From: an uncultured Burkholderiales bacterium
GTDB taxonomy: Bacteria > Pseudomonadota > Gammaproteobacteria > Burkholderiales > Burkholderiaceae_C
Length of the DNA: 64,000 nt
Reading direction: 5' to 3'
NCBI GenBank assembly: GCA_903838355.1
Contig: CAILYC010000001.1
Span: forward strand, 64,904 to 128,903
In this document: positions 1-9,358 of the stretch, piece after piece
Position numbering within the stretch: position 1 is the first letter of the stretch
Layout: the number at the start of each line of letters is the position of its first letter
Translations under genes and position numbers: made by a program
The notes under the pieces: model-generated
The model's database searches: none
What the model was told of the DNA's origin: nothing
Seen by the model: only the letters and a program-made list of their open reading frames with translations

Positions 1-35
1 AAAGAGACCGTGGAGGCAGATTTTAAAATACTCAC
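1..35 (-). CDS. murJ: Lipid II flippase MurJ, N-terminal fragment running off the window
   Basis: Reverse strand reads [13 protein letters not shown], like MurJ N-termini. Divergent from rpsT, which is the usual synteny. Confidence 0.6.
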   Translation of the reverse strand, partial: MSILKSASTVS

Positions 36-78
36 CCAATAAGTGTAGCGCCCAGATCACACTTTGCCTTGATGAATT

Positions 79-87
79 TGATATAAT
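79..87 (+). promoter_or_regulatory. Extended -10 element of the rpsT promoter
   Basis: TGaTATAAT, about 45 bp upstream of the rpsT ATG. Confidence 0.4.
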
Positions 88-130
88 GTTGGGCTTTGCT
101 GACATCATCCACAGACACCAAGGACACACC

Positions 131-430
131 ATGGCTTCCGCCAAACCCAAGAAAAAAAACCCCCGACTGGCCTCTGGCCGCAAACGCGCACGCCAAGACG
201 TTAAGCTCAATGCAGCCAACACGTCTTTGCGCTCCAAATACCGCACCGCAGTCAAGAACGTTGAAAAAGCCGTTCTAGCCGGTGATAAAACCAAAGCCGC
301 CGAATTGTTCGCCAGCATGCAAGCCGTGGTGGACACGATTGCAGACAAAGGCATTTTTCATAAAAACAAAGCGGCCCGTGACAAGAGCCGTTTATCCACC
401 AAAGTGAAAGCTTTGGCCCTCGCGGCCTGA
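131..430 (+). CDS. rpsT: 30S ribosomal protein S20
   Basis: [41 protein letters not shown] before ATG 131. Confidence 0.97.
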   Translation: MASAKPKKKNPRLASGRKRARQDVKLNAANTSLRSKYRTAVKNVEKAVLAGDKTKAAELFASMQAVVDTIADKGIFHKNKAARDKSRLSTKVKALALAA

Positions 431-499
431 TTGATTTCAGGTCTTCGCCCGGTCTGATTGTTCAGACCGCCGTTTGAGAGGGTGCGCTGTCAGCAAAGC

Positions 500-528
500 A
501 AAAAGCCGCTATTTTTAGCGGCTTTTTT
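500..528. terminator. Bidirectional rho-independent terminator
   Basis: AAAAAGCCGCTA-tttt-TAGCGGCTTTTTT between convergent genes. Confidence 0.85.
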
Positions 529-619
529 GTGTCTAAAGAAAAGTGGGGAAATGGAAAAAGTGGGGAAAGTCCCAAGTCAATTGAAAAGCTCAAGGCTTGG
601 CAGCCGCTTGAGCGGGGCT

Positions 620-967
620 TTAGGCGTGGTGAAACATCTCTTCCAGGGCCTGGGCGGAGCATGCAGGGGTGACTTGCAGATCGTTGTCTTTGGCAAAGTT
701 CATCACAAAGTCCCAAGCCATGGGCTCGACTTCTTTGAGTTTGCGGTTGACCACCACGCACTTGAAGCCACTAAAGGAATTGGGCACACACCAAGGGGAA
801 TAGCTTAAATGTGAGCCTGGCTTGGCGCCACCTGGGCGAAACGAGCTCATGACGCCCGCGAGCCGCTCGGCCCAGTCGCTGGGTCTGAATTTCTTGCCGT
901 GGGAGGTCACCCCCACAATAAAGAGTTCTTGTGCGTTTTGAAGGTCTTGCTCAGTAATGACTGACAT
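620..967 (-). CDS. DUF3579 family protein
   Basis: G.T..GKKFRPSDWAERL and YSPW..P motifs; FVMNFAKDNDL. Confidence 0.8.
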   Translation of the reverse strand: MSVITEQDLQNAQELFIVGVTSHGKKFRPSDWAERLAGVMSSFRPGGAKPGSHLSYSPWCVPNSFSGFKCVVVNRKLKEVEPMAWDFVMNFAKDNDLQVTPACSAQALEEMFHHA

Positions 968-1375
968 GGTCTACCTCGTAGGTCTAATGAAACCGCTCGA
1001 GGGCCACTCAAACTTTGGGGCTGGTTGAGGGTGCTTCGCACCGCTTTCAACCGACTCCAAGGCGACTGGTCCCAAATGTCTTTTCTCTTTGCGACGCAAT
1101 TCTAGTACTAGAAAACCCTTGTGTCCAACCGTCTTTACCTTCAAAATCCCGATTGGCCCCTCATCACACCTCATTTTGAAGACCTTCAAAAACAAAAAAC
1201 CTGCTCAAGCCCTCATCCCCCCCCTCGAAGGCGGCTTTGTTTAAAAAAGTTTGGCGTTGTCTTAGAGTCAACACACTAAAATCAGAGGCTATGGTGCGGA
1301 TGACACGCTTTGTAAAGCGCCGCAGGCCAATTCACCCTTTTATGACCCCATGACCTGATCGACTTGACACCCCCT

Positions 1376-2611
1376 ATGTCCGAATCCTTGACCCCACCCC
1401 TGAGCACCCCAACCCCAGCTGCTGCTGGCCCCCAAGACAGCGCCGTCATGAACACCTACTCGCGCTTGGACGTGACCTTCAGTCACGGCCAAGGACTTCA
1501 AATGTGGGACTTGAAGGGGCGCCGGTATCTGGACGCATTGGCCGGCATTGCCGTCAACACCTTGGGGCACGGCCACCCGCAACTGGTGAAGGCCTTGCAG
1601 GACCAGGTCGCCAAAATGATTCACTGCTGCAACTACTACCACGTCCAAACACAAGAGCAGTTGGCCGCCAAATTGGTGGCGTTGTCGGGCATGAGCAACG
1701 TGTTTTTTTGCTCCACCGGGCTAGAAGCCAATGAGGCCGCCCTCAAACTCGCGCGCAAATTTGGCTCCAAAAAGGGCATAGAACGCCCTGAAATCGTGGT
1801 CTATGAAAAATCCTTCCACGGCCGCTCCATTGCCACCTTGAGCGCCACAGGCAATGAAAAAATCCAAGTCGGTTTTGGCCCCTTGGTGGAGGGCTTCATC
1901 CGGGTGCCCATCAACAGCCTCCAAGCCCTCCAAGAGGCCACCCACAACAATCCCAATGTGGTGGCGGTGTTTTTGGAGGCCATCCAAGGAGAAGGCGGCA
2001 TCAATGTCATGGATCTCGAGTATTTGCGCCAAGTGCGCACCCTGTGCGACGAGCGCGACTGGCTTTTCATGATCGATGAGGTGCAGTGCGGCATGGGTCG
2101 CACTGGCAAATGGTTCGCACACCAGTGGGCGGGCATCCTCCCAGACGTCATGCCCCTGGCCAAGGGTTTGGGTTCGGGCGTGCCCGTGGGCGCAGTGGTC
2201 GCTGGCCCCAAGGCGGCGCATATTTTTGAGCCCGGCAACCATGGCAGCACCTTTGGCGGCAACCCTTTGGCCATGCGCGCAGGCATCGAGACCATCGCCA
2301 TCATGGAGCGCGACCATTTGATCGACAACGCGGCCAAGATGGGCGCATATTTGAAGGCCTCTTTAGAGCGCGAGCTCGCTGGCGTGGCCGGCTTTGTGCA
2401 AGTCAAGGGCAAAGGCTTGATGATCGGTGTGGAGCTCGACCGGCCTTGCTCGGCGCTCATGGGTTTGGCCCTGGACGCGGGACTTTTGCTCAGCGTCACG
2501 GCCGACTGCATCGTGCGTTTGGTGCCCGCTTTGATCATTGAAGCGTCGCATTGCGATGAGATCGTCGCCACTTTGGTGCCTTTGATCAAAAAATTCTTGA
2601 AACCCACATGA
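1376..2611 (+). CDS. argD: Acetylornithine aminotransferase (class III PLP)
   Basis: FHGRS, DEVQCGMGRTG, LAKGLG, HGSTFGGNP. Coupled to argF. Start uncertain (1364/1376/1448). Confidence 0.93.
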   Translation: MSESLTPPLSTPTPAAAGPQDSAVMNTYSRLDVTFSHGQGLQMWDLKGRRYLDALAGIAVNTLGHGHPQLVKALQDQVAKMIHCCNYYHVQTQEQLAAKLVALSGMSNVFFCSTGLEANEAALKLARKFGSKKGIERPEIVVYEKSFHGRSIATLSATGNEKIQVGFGPLVEGFIRVPINSLQALQEATHNNPNVVAVFLEAIQGEGGINVMDLEYLRQVRTLCDERDWLFMIDEVQCGMGRTGKWFAHQWAGILPDVMPLAKGLGSGVPVGAVVAGPKAAHIFEPGNHGSTFGGNPLAMRAGIETIAIMERDHLIDNAAKMGAYLKASLERELAGVAGFVQVKGKGLMIGVELDRPCSALMGLALDAGLLLSVTADCIVRLVPALIIEASHCDEIVATLVPLIKKFLKPT

Positions 2612-3543
2612 AGCACTACCTGCAGTTTACCGATTTCACGGCGCAAGAATACGAGTACTTGTTCCAGCGCGCGGCGCTCATCAAGGCCAAATTCAAAACC
2701 TATCAAAAGCACCAACCCTTGGTGGACCGCACCTTGGCGATGATTTTTGAGAAGGCCTCCACACGCACACGCGTGAGCTTTGAAGCGGGCATGTACCAAC
2801 TGGGCGGCACGGTGCTCAACCTCACATCGGGCGAGAGTCAAATCGGCCGCAGCGAGCCCATTGCCGACACCGCGCGCGTGATCAGCCGAATGGTGGACTT
2901 GGTCATGATCCGCACCTTTGGCCAAGAGCGCATTGAGCAGTTTGCCCAGCATTCGCGCGTGCCCGTCATCAACGGCCTCACCAATGAGTTCCACCCCTGT
3001 CAAATCTTGGCCGATTTGTTCACTTTTTTCGAACACCGCTCAGAGCAACACTCACCCCTGGCCTGCTTCAAAGGCAAGATCGTGGCCTGGGTGGGAGATG
3101 GCAACAACATGGCCAACAGTTGGCTTCAAGCCGCTGAATTGTTGGGCTTTAAAGTCCATGTGAGCACCCCTTCAGGCTATGAGGTCGATCAATCGATTGC
3201 GGGGCTGCGCTCGGGTGAGTGCTACCGCGTCTTCCAAGACCCCCACGAGGCCTGCGAAGGCGCCGATTTGGTCACGACCGATGTCTGGACCAGCATGGGG
3301 TTTGAGGCTGAAAACGATGAGCGCAAAAAGGCCTTTCACAATTGGTGTGTCGACACGGCGATGATGGCCAAAGCCAAGCCCGACGCCTTGTTCATGCATT
3401 GTTTACCTGCCCACCGGGGGGAAGAGGTGAGCACCGACGTGATCGATGGACCGCAGTCGGTTGTATGGGACGAGGCCGAGAACCGCATGCATGTGCAAAA
3501 GGCCTTGATGGAGTATTTGCTCTTGGGCCAACAGCCGACTTAG
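2608..3543 (+). CDS. argF: Ornithine carbamoyltransferase
   Basis: STRTR, HPCQ, SMG and HCLP motifs. ATGA overlap with argD. Confidence 0.96.
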   Translation: MKHYLQFTDFTAQEYEYLFQRAALIKAKFKTYQKHQPLVDRTLAMIFEKASTRTRVSFEAGMYQLGGTVLNLTSGESQIGRSEPIADTARVISRMVDLVMIRTFGQERIEQFAQHSRVPVINGLTNEFHPCQILADLFTFFEHRSEQHSPLACFKGKIVAWVGDGNNMANSWLQAAELLGFKVHVSTPSGYEVDQSIAGLRSGECYRVFQDPHEACEGADLVTTDVWTSMGFEAENDERKKAFHNWCVDTAMMAKAKPDALFMHCLPAHRGEEVSTDVIDGPQSVVWDEAENRMHVQKALMEYLLLGQQPT

Positions 3544-3562
3544 GGCCTTGTCCGCGCTGACC

Positions 3563-4936
3563 TTATCCTGAATAAAGCCACGGTAAATCCATGAGTCGCT
3601 CCCCCATGATGCGAAGGGCTGTGTCACGCATGAACCCCAAGGGCTGTCCCCAGTGAAAGAGACGGGCATTGAGCAAGGCTCGCCTTTGGACTTGGGCACA
3701 GCGCTGCCAACGCATCTGAGCGTAAAGAGTGAGTCTGGCCTGCACCGACAAACTGCGCTGACCCCAACACAGCGCAAAGACCTGTGCATCTTCAATGGAC
3801 ATGCCGGCCCCTTGGGCCAAATAGGGCAGCATGGGATGGGCCGCATCCCCCAAGAGAGCAAGTCGCCCGTGTGCCATGTCTTGTGCGCCGCGCACAGGGG
3901 CAGCGGCAAAGAGGGGCCACACCGACCAGGTGGGCACGAGTCCAGCGATATCGCGCAAGTGGGTGCTGGTGCGCTCTAAAGCCCCTTGCAAGGCCTCAAT
4001 GTCGTGAGTTCCATTCGTTGAGGATGCTGTTACTTCATCCCAGTGATGGCTCAAAAACCGCTTTTGTTGTGCCATCTGTTGGTCCGGTCTCACGGCTTGG
4101 GCACTTGAGACCTCGAGCAGCACCACCACATTGAGCCACTCCCCGCCCCTCACGGGGTATTGAACCCAGTGCAACTTGGGCGCCAAAAACAAACGCACGG
4201 CATTGCTGCGCATAGAGGCGGGCAAATCGGCCTGTGCCACCAGAGCTCGATAAGCCAATTGCCCAGTGTATTGAAGCGGTGTTTTCTCAAAATGGCTCTG
4301 GCGCAAACCACTAAAAACGCCATCGGCGCCAATCAACGCCTGAGCACCATGGCTCTGAGTCTGGGGAGCCAACGCCAGACCCAAGTCTGCCGACTCGGCG
4401 TGAAGCGAAAACTCGCTCGCACACGGCAAAGGCGTTTTTTGCAGGAACTGAGTTTGAACATCAAACTCAATTGCCCCGCAGTCGCGGGCACCCCCAGCAC
4501 CATTCGCCGCTTGGACATGACCCAGCGTGGCGTGCAAGAGTTTTTCACCCAAGCGCACCTGTGTCAGTCCGTTTTCTTGAACACCCTCGCGCAGCATTCC
4601 TTGCAAGTCTGCGCGCAAAAGCGTGGCATAAGGTGCACCGTAAAGCGTTTGGCAGCGCTCCCCCAGGGGCAACGCTGAAATCAAGCCGCCTCGAGAGCCA
4701 TCGATCACTTCGATTCGCTCGGGCCAAGAGGCACAACGCTGCAACGCTTTCTCCAAGCCCCAGTCCCTCAATCGCCGTGTGGCATTGGGCCCCAACTGCA
4801 AACCCGCACCGACTTCAGACCAGGCCTCTTGGCGCTCAAACACCACGCTTTTCACGCCCATCTTGGCCAAGGACAAGGCTGCACTCAGCCCTCCAATGCC
4901 AGCGCCACTGATCGCCACCTCGTGGACAAGACTCAT
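3563..4936 (-). CDS. Group A FAD-dependent monooxygenase (salicylate hydroxylase/HpxO-like), substrate unknown
   Basis: GAGIGG, EVGAGLQLGPN, GADG, GDAAHPMLPYLAQGA. ATG 4936 overlaps the deaminase stop (ATGA). Confidence 0.85.
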   Translation of the reverse strand: MSLVHEVAISGAGIGGLSAALSLAKMGVKSVVFERQEAWSEVGAGLQLGPNATRRLRDWGLEKALQRCASWPERIEVIDGSRGGLISALPLGERCQTLYGAPYATLLRADLQGMLREGVQENGLTQVRLGEKLLHATLGHVQAANGAGGARDCGAIEFDVQTQFLQKTPLPCASEFSLHAESADLGLALAPQTQSHGAQALIGADGVFSGLRQSHFEKTPLQYTGQLAYRALVAQADLPASMRSNAVRLFLAPKLHWVQYPVRGGEWLNVVVLLEVSSAQAVRPDQQMAQQKRFLSHHWDEVTASSTNGTHDIEALQGALERTSTHLRDIAGLVPTWSVWPLFAAAPVRGAQDMAHGRLALLGDAAHPMLPYLAQGAGMSIEDAQVFALCWGQRSLSVQARLTLYAQMRWQRCAQVQRRALLNARLFHWGQPLGFMRDTALRIMGERLMDLPWLYSG

Positions 4937-5964
4937 GCGAACACTCGATCGACCTCTTGCAGCCAATGGCGCTTGAGCGCCTCGGGCATGAAGCTCGCCT
5001 CAAAGGAGCATTTGGCGAGTTGTTGAACGTCTTTGGGGCTCAGGGCCAAACTCTGAGCCACTTGCAAATAATTCTCGTTGATGTAGCCTCCAAAATAAGC
5101 CGGATCGTCTGAATTGATCATCACACAAAGACCCAAATCGAGCATTTTTTTGATCGGGTGCGCCGCCAAATCAGGAAATACACACAGTCGCACATTGGAC
5201 AAAGGGCAGACCGTGAGGGGGATGCGCGTTCGGGCCAGATAATCCATCAAGGCCGGGTCCTTCATGGCTTGCACGCCGTGGTCTATGCGCTGCGCGTTCA
5301 GTGTTTGCAAGGCGCTCCAAATGTAGGCCGGCGGGGCTTCCTCACCGGCATGGGCGACACAATGCAAACCCAAAGCACGGGCTTTTTCAAACACGTTTTT
5401 AAACTTTTCAGGCGGATGCCCCATTTCACTGGAATCCAAGCCCACACCGATGATGTGCTGACGATAAGGCAAGACCTCTTGCAGGGTTTGAAGAGCACTG
5501 CTCTCATCGAGGTGGCGCAAAAAACACAATATTAAATTGGCTGAAATTTTGAAGTCCCGGCCCGCGTCGTCGACTGCGCGGCGCAAGCCCTCGATCACGG
5601 TTTGCATGGACACGCCTCGGGCGGTGTGGGTTTGCGGATCAAAGAAAATTTCGGCGTGAACAACGCCTTGGGAATGCGCTTTTTTCAAATACGCATAGGT
5701 CATGTCGTAGAAGTCTTGGATTTTCAAAAGAACACTGGCGCCGGCATAGTAAATGTCTAAAAAGCTCTGCAGATCCTCAAATGCATAGGCCGCCTTCAAG
5801 GCCTCCACGCTGGCATAGGGCAAGCTCACTTGATTTCTTTTGGCCAAAGCAAAAATCATCTCAGGCTCGAGTGAGCCTTCAATATGAATGTGCAACTCCG
5901 CTTTCGGACAAGTTTCAATCAAATGCTGGAATTCGGCTGAAAGCACAGGAGAGGCGGTATTCAT
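4933..5964 (-). CDS. add: Adenosine/adenine deaminase (ADA superfamily)
   Basis: PKAELHIHIEGS, HAGEE, RIDHG, CPLSN, NSDDPAYF. Confidence 0.92.
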   Translation of the reverse strand: MNTASPVLSAEFQHLIETCPKAELHIHIEGSLEPEMIFALAKRNQVSLPYASVEALKAAYAFEDLQSFLDIYYAGASVLLKIQDFYDMTYAYLKKAHSQGVVHAEIFFDPQTHTARGVSMQTVIEGLRRAVDDAGRDFKISANLILCFLRHLDESSALQTLQEVLPYRQHIIGVGLDSSEMGHPPEKFKNVFEKARALGLHCVAHAGEEAPPAYIWSALQTLNAQRIDHGVQAMKDPALMDYLARTRIPLTVCPLSNVRLCVFPDLAAHPIKKMLDLGLCVMINSDDPAYFGGYINENYLQVAQSLALSPKDVQQLAKCSFEASFMPEALKRHWLQEVDRVFA

Positions 5965-6022
5965 GGTGGATCAATCGATAGAACAAAAAAACAAGACTTC
6001 AAAGTGAAGGGGAAGAAGACGC

Positions 6023-6047
6023 AAAAAGGGGCCTCCCATGAGGCCCC
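6023..6047 (-). terminator. Intrinsic terminator or stabilising hairpin after the BMP gene
   Basis: Minus strand GGGGCCTC-atgg-GAGGCCCC-TTTTT. Confidence 0.7.
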
Positions 6048-6113
6048 CAAATGGTTGATGAAGACCCCCCAGCATGTTCAGTGCACGGGGAGACTTCAAT
6101 CCATCACTGAACC

Positions 6114-7253
6114 TTATTTCTTGTCGCCACCGGGCACTTTGCCCTCAACACCCTTCACGTAGAAATGCACGCCGCTCAAAAAGCCATCGTCGGCAACCGC
6201 GTCTTTTTTGACCACTTCTTTGCCGGTGTTGTCAACGATCGGGCCTTTCCAAATGGCAAAACTGCCATCGGTGAGGCCTTTTTTGATTTCATCAATTTTG
6301 GCTTTGGTGTCGGCTGGGACATCGTCAGCAATAGAGACCAAATCAATGGCGCCTTCTTTAACGCCCCACCACGATTTTTGGTTACCCGTCCAAGTACCGG
6401 CCAAAAAGTCCTTCGTGGTTTTGATGTAGTAAGGCGTCCAATTGATCACCGCAGAGGCCAAATGGGCCTTGGGACCATAGGCCGTCATGTCAGAGTCCCA
6501 ACCGAAGGCGCGCTTACCCTTTTCCTCGGCTGTTTTCAAGACCGCGGGGGAGTCGGTGTTTTGGAACAAAATGTCAGCGCCACCGTTGATCAAAGAGGTG
6601 GCTGCTTCAGTCTCTTTGGGTGGATTGAACCAATCGTTGACCCAAACCACTTTGGTCTTGATCTTGGGGTTGACCGACTGCGCACCCAGGGTAAAACTAT
6701 TGATGTTGCGAATCACTTCTGGAATTGGCACTGAACCCACCACGCCCAGAACATTGGATTTGGTCATCGAGCCCGCAACCACACCCGCCATATAGGCGCC
6801 TTCATAGGTGCGTGAATCATAGGTGTTCATGTTGGGCGCTAGTTTGTAGCCTGTGGCATGCTCAAACTTCACATCAGGACTCTCGCCCGCGACTTTGATC
6901 ATGGTGTCCATGTAACCAAAGGTGGTGCCAAAAATTAATTTATTGCCCTGACCCACCATGTCTTTGATCACGCGCTCCGCATCGGCCGACTCGGGGACAT
7001 TCTCGACAAAGGTGGTGGCGATTTTGTCGCCGAATTCTTTCTCTAATGCTTTTCTGGCGTTGTCGTGCGCAAACGTCCATCCACCGTCGCCCACAGGTCC
7101 CACGTAAGCGAACGCAATTTTTACGGGATCGGCTTTGGGGGCCACTGCCTCGGGCTTGGCTTCCTCTTTTTTACCACAAGCCACCAGCATGGCCAAAGAG
7201 ATGACGCTCAGTGCGCCCAGGCGAACCAAGGAGCGTTTGGGTTGATCGATCAT
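6114..7253 (-). CDS. BMP-family ABC substrate-binding lipoprotein (purine/nucleoside)
   Basis: Lipobox LVAC; YVGPVGDGGWTFAH, IPEVIRNINSF, QNTDSP. Confidence 0.9.
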   Translation of the reverse strand: MIDQPKRSLVRLGALSVISLAMLVACGKKEEAKPEAVAPKADPVKIAFAYVGPVGDGGWTFAHDNARKALEKEFGDKIATTFVENVPESADAERVIKDMVGQGNKLIFGTTFGYMDTMIKVAGESPDVKFEHATGYKLAPNMNTYDSRTYEGAYMAGVVAGSMTKSNVLGVVGSVPIPEVIRNINSFTLGAQSVNPKIKTKVVWVNDWFNPPKETEAATSLINGGADILFQNTDSPAVLKTAEEKGKRAFGWDSDMTAYGPKAHLASAVINWTPYYIKTTKDFLAGTWTGNQKSWWGVKEGAIDLVSIADDVPADTKAKIDEIKKGLTDGSFAIWKGPIVDNTGKEVVKKDAVADDGFLSGVHFYVKGVEGKVPGGDKK

Positions 7254-7292
7254 GATGAAAAGGTCCTTTGAAAAGTGAAGGTTAAAAAAAAC

Positions 7293-8216
7293 TCATTGTG
7301 AGCCAGGAAAAAAAGATTTACCAATGGATGAGGGCATGTTCAGGCGAATCCATTGCGGGTTTCTAGAGATGATCACCAAGACCCCGATGGTCGCCACATA
7401 AGGCAACATGGTGAGGGCTTGGCTGGGCAATTCAACCCCCAAAGTTTGCAAGTGAAACTGCAGCATCGTCACCCCACCAAAAAGGTAAGCACCAAAGAGC
7501 ACCCGAGAGGGGCGCCACGTCGCAAAGGTGGTCAAGGCCAGGGCGATCCAACCTTTTCCCGCCACCATGCCCTCCACCCACAAGGGGGTGTAGACCAAGG
7601 ACAAGTAAGCCCCAGCGAGGCCACACAAAGCGCCCCCCGAGACCACCGCCCACCAACGAATCCAGCGCACCGGGTACCCCAGCGCATGGGCCGCCTGGGG
7701 CGACTCACCCACACTTCGCAAAATCAAACCGGCCCGTGTGCGGTTGAAAAACAGTGTCAAACCGACTGTGAGCGCCATGGCAATATAGACCATAGGGTGG
7801 TGTCGAAACAAGGCCTCTCCCAGCCATGGGATATTGGCCAACCCTGGAACTTCATAGGACACGCTGGGGGGCAATTTGGCCTGCACATAGGGCACCCCGA
7901 TGAAGGCCGACAAACCTGCGCCAAATAGACTCAAAGCCAATCCCCCTGCATACTGGTTGGCATTCAAGCCAATCACCAAGGCCCCAAAAATACCCGCCAA
8001 CACCGCCCCCGTCAACATGCCTGAGAGGAAACCCACACTCGGCAGTCCCGTGTGCACCGTGGCCGCAAAACCCGCCACCGCCGCACACAACATCATGCCT
8101 TCGGCTCCCAGGTTCAATACGCCGGCTTTTTCATTGATCAATAACCCCAGGGCCGCAAGCGCCAAAACCGTTCCTGCATTGAGGGTGGCGGCAATCAATA
8201 AGACATACGACTCCAT
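7293..8216 (-). CDS. ABC transporter permease (CUT2/nucleoside type)
   Basis: EKAGVLNLGAEGMM, GKGWIALAL; hydrophobic. Confidence 0.9.
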   Translation of the reverse strand: MESYVLLIAATLNAGTVLALAALGLLINEKAGVLNLGAEGMMLCAAVAGFAATVHTGLPSVGFLSGMLTGAVLAGIFGALVIGLNANQYAGGLALSLFGAGLSAFIGVPYVQAKLPPSVSYEVPGLANIPWLGEALFRHHPMVYIAMALTVGLTLFFNRTRAGLILRSVGESPQAAHALGYPVRWIRWWAVVSGGALCGLAGAYLSLVYTPLWVEGMVAGKGWIALALTTFATWRPSRVLFGAYLFGGVTMLQFHLQTLGVELPSQALTMLPYVATIGVLVIISRNPQWIRLNMPSSIGKSFFPGSQ

Positions 8217-8221
8217 GGGGC

Positions 8222-9358
8222 TCAGTGTCCTTGCCTGTGGGTGGTGCTCGCGCTCGTGCTGGCGCCCCCAGAGGCGCTCGTTGACGCGGTGACCGCTCGC
8301 TGGACCCAACACAAACGCTGATAAATCAATGTATCACAAATCAACAAAGAAAAAAGAAGCAAGCCTTGAAAGACGCCGGTGAGCGACTTGGGCAGTCCAA
8401 GCCGGGACTGGGCCAACTCGCCCCCAATGTAGAACGCGCTCATGAGAAGCGCCGACATCACCATCCCGAGCGGGTGCAGTCGCCCAACAAAGGCCACAAT
8501 GATGGCTGCAAATCCATAACCCACGGGGACATAGGGGGTGAGCTGACCAATGGGGCCGCTCACCTCCAAGGCTCCAGCCAAGCCGGCACAGGCCCCACTC
8601 ACCAACAGCGCCAAATACAAATTCTTGGCTGAAGAAAAGCCACTCAACCTCGCTGCCAAGGGGGCTTGACCGGTGACTTGCAAACCGAATCCCGCGCGCG
8701 TGCGGTACAAAAAGACCCACGACAAGGCTGCACCGAGCAAGGCCAAGGGCAGCCCCAAGCTCATGCGCGAGCCTGGGATGAGCCGTGGCACCAGGGTATA
8801 GGCGTCAAAACTCTTGGTTTGCGGGAAGTTGTACCCATTGGGGTCTTTCCAGGGGCCATAAACCAAGTAACTCAGAATCATGGTGGCGACGTAGACCATC
8901 ATCAAGCTCACCAAGATTTCATTGGCATTGAATCGCTCACGCAGCACCGCCACCATACCCGCCCACAACATTCCTCCCAAGGTGCCCATGAGCAGCACCA
9001 ATATCACCACGCCTCGCCCCCAGGAAGGGTCGGCATTGATGGCCACACCACTGGCAAAAATCGCGCCCATCACGTACTGACCTTCGGCCCCAATATTCCA
9101 AACATTGGCCCTGAAACAAAGCCCAAGTCCCAAAGAAATCAACAGCAAAGGCGTCGCCTTGACCATCAACTCTCCCAAGGCGTAGCTCGACTTGATGGGC
9201 TCCCAAAAGAAGACCAGCAAGGCCCGTGCAGGGTCCTTGCCCATGGCCATGAAGAGCACAACGCCCACCAGCACGGTGATGAGGAGCGCGAGCAATGGGG
9301 ACACCCAACGCCAAAACTCGGATGGTTCGCTTCGAACCTCAAGGCGGAGTTCACGCAT
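8222..9358 (-). CDS. ABC transporter permease (CUT2/nucleoside type)
   Basis: WNIGAEGQ, NEILVSLM, GYGFAAIIVAFVGRLHP. Confidence 0.9.
   Translation of the reverse strand: MRELRLEVRSEPSEFWRWVSPLLALLITVLVGVVLFMAMGKDPARALLVFFWEPIKSSYALGELMVKATPLLLISLGLGLCFRANVWNIGAEGQYVMGAIFASGVAINADPSWGRGVVILVLLMGTLGGMLWAGMVAVLRERFNANEILVSLMMVYVATMILSYLVYGPWKDPNGYNFPQTKSFDAYTLVPRLIPGSRMSLGLPLALLGAALSWVFLYRTRAGFGLQVTGQAPLAARLSGFSSAKNLYLALLVSGACAGLAGALEVSGPIGQLTPYVPVGYGFAAIIVAFVGRLHPLGMVMSALLMSAFYIGGELAQSRLGLPKSLTGVFQGLLLFSLLICDTLIYQRLCWVQRAVTASTSASGGASTSASTTHRQGH

Noticed and set aside
1335-1372. ATGACCCCATGACCTGATC resembles the 3' half of a TPP riboswitch
   Set aside because: There is no upstream CUGAGA element or closing stem, and the context (argD) does not fit.
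1801-3036. 411-aa antisense ORF, and similar long shadow ORFs (8666-9640, 16629-17588, 48944-50011, 58091-59074, 62852-63754)
   Set aside because: They lie wholly opposite well-supported genes and have no recognisable motifs. They are expected from codon bias.
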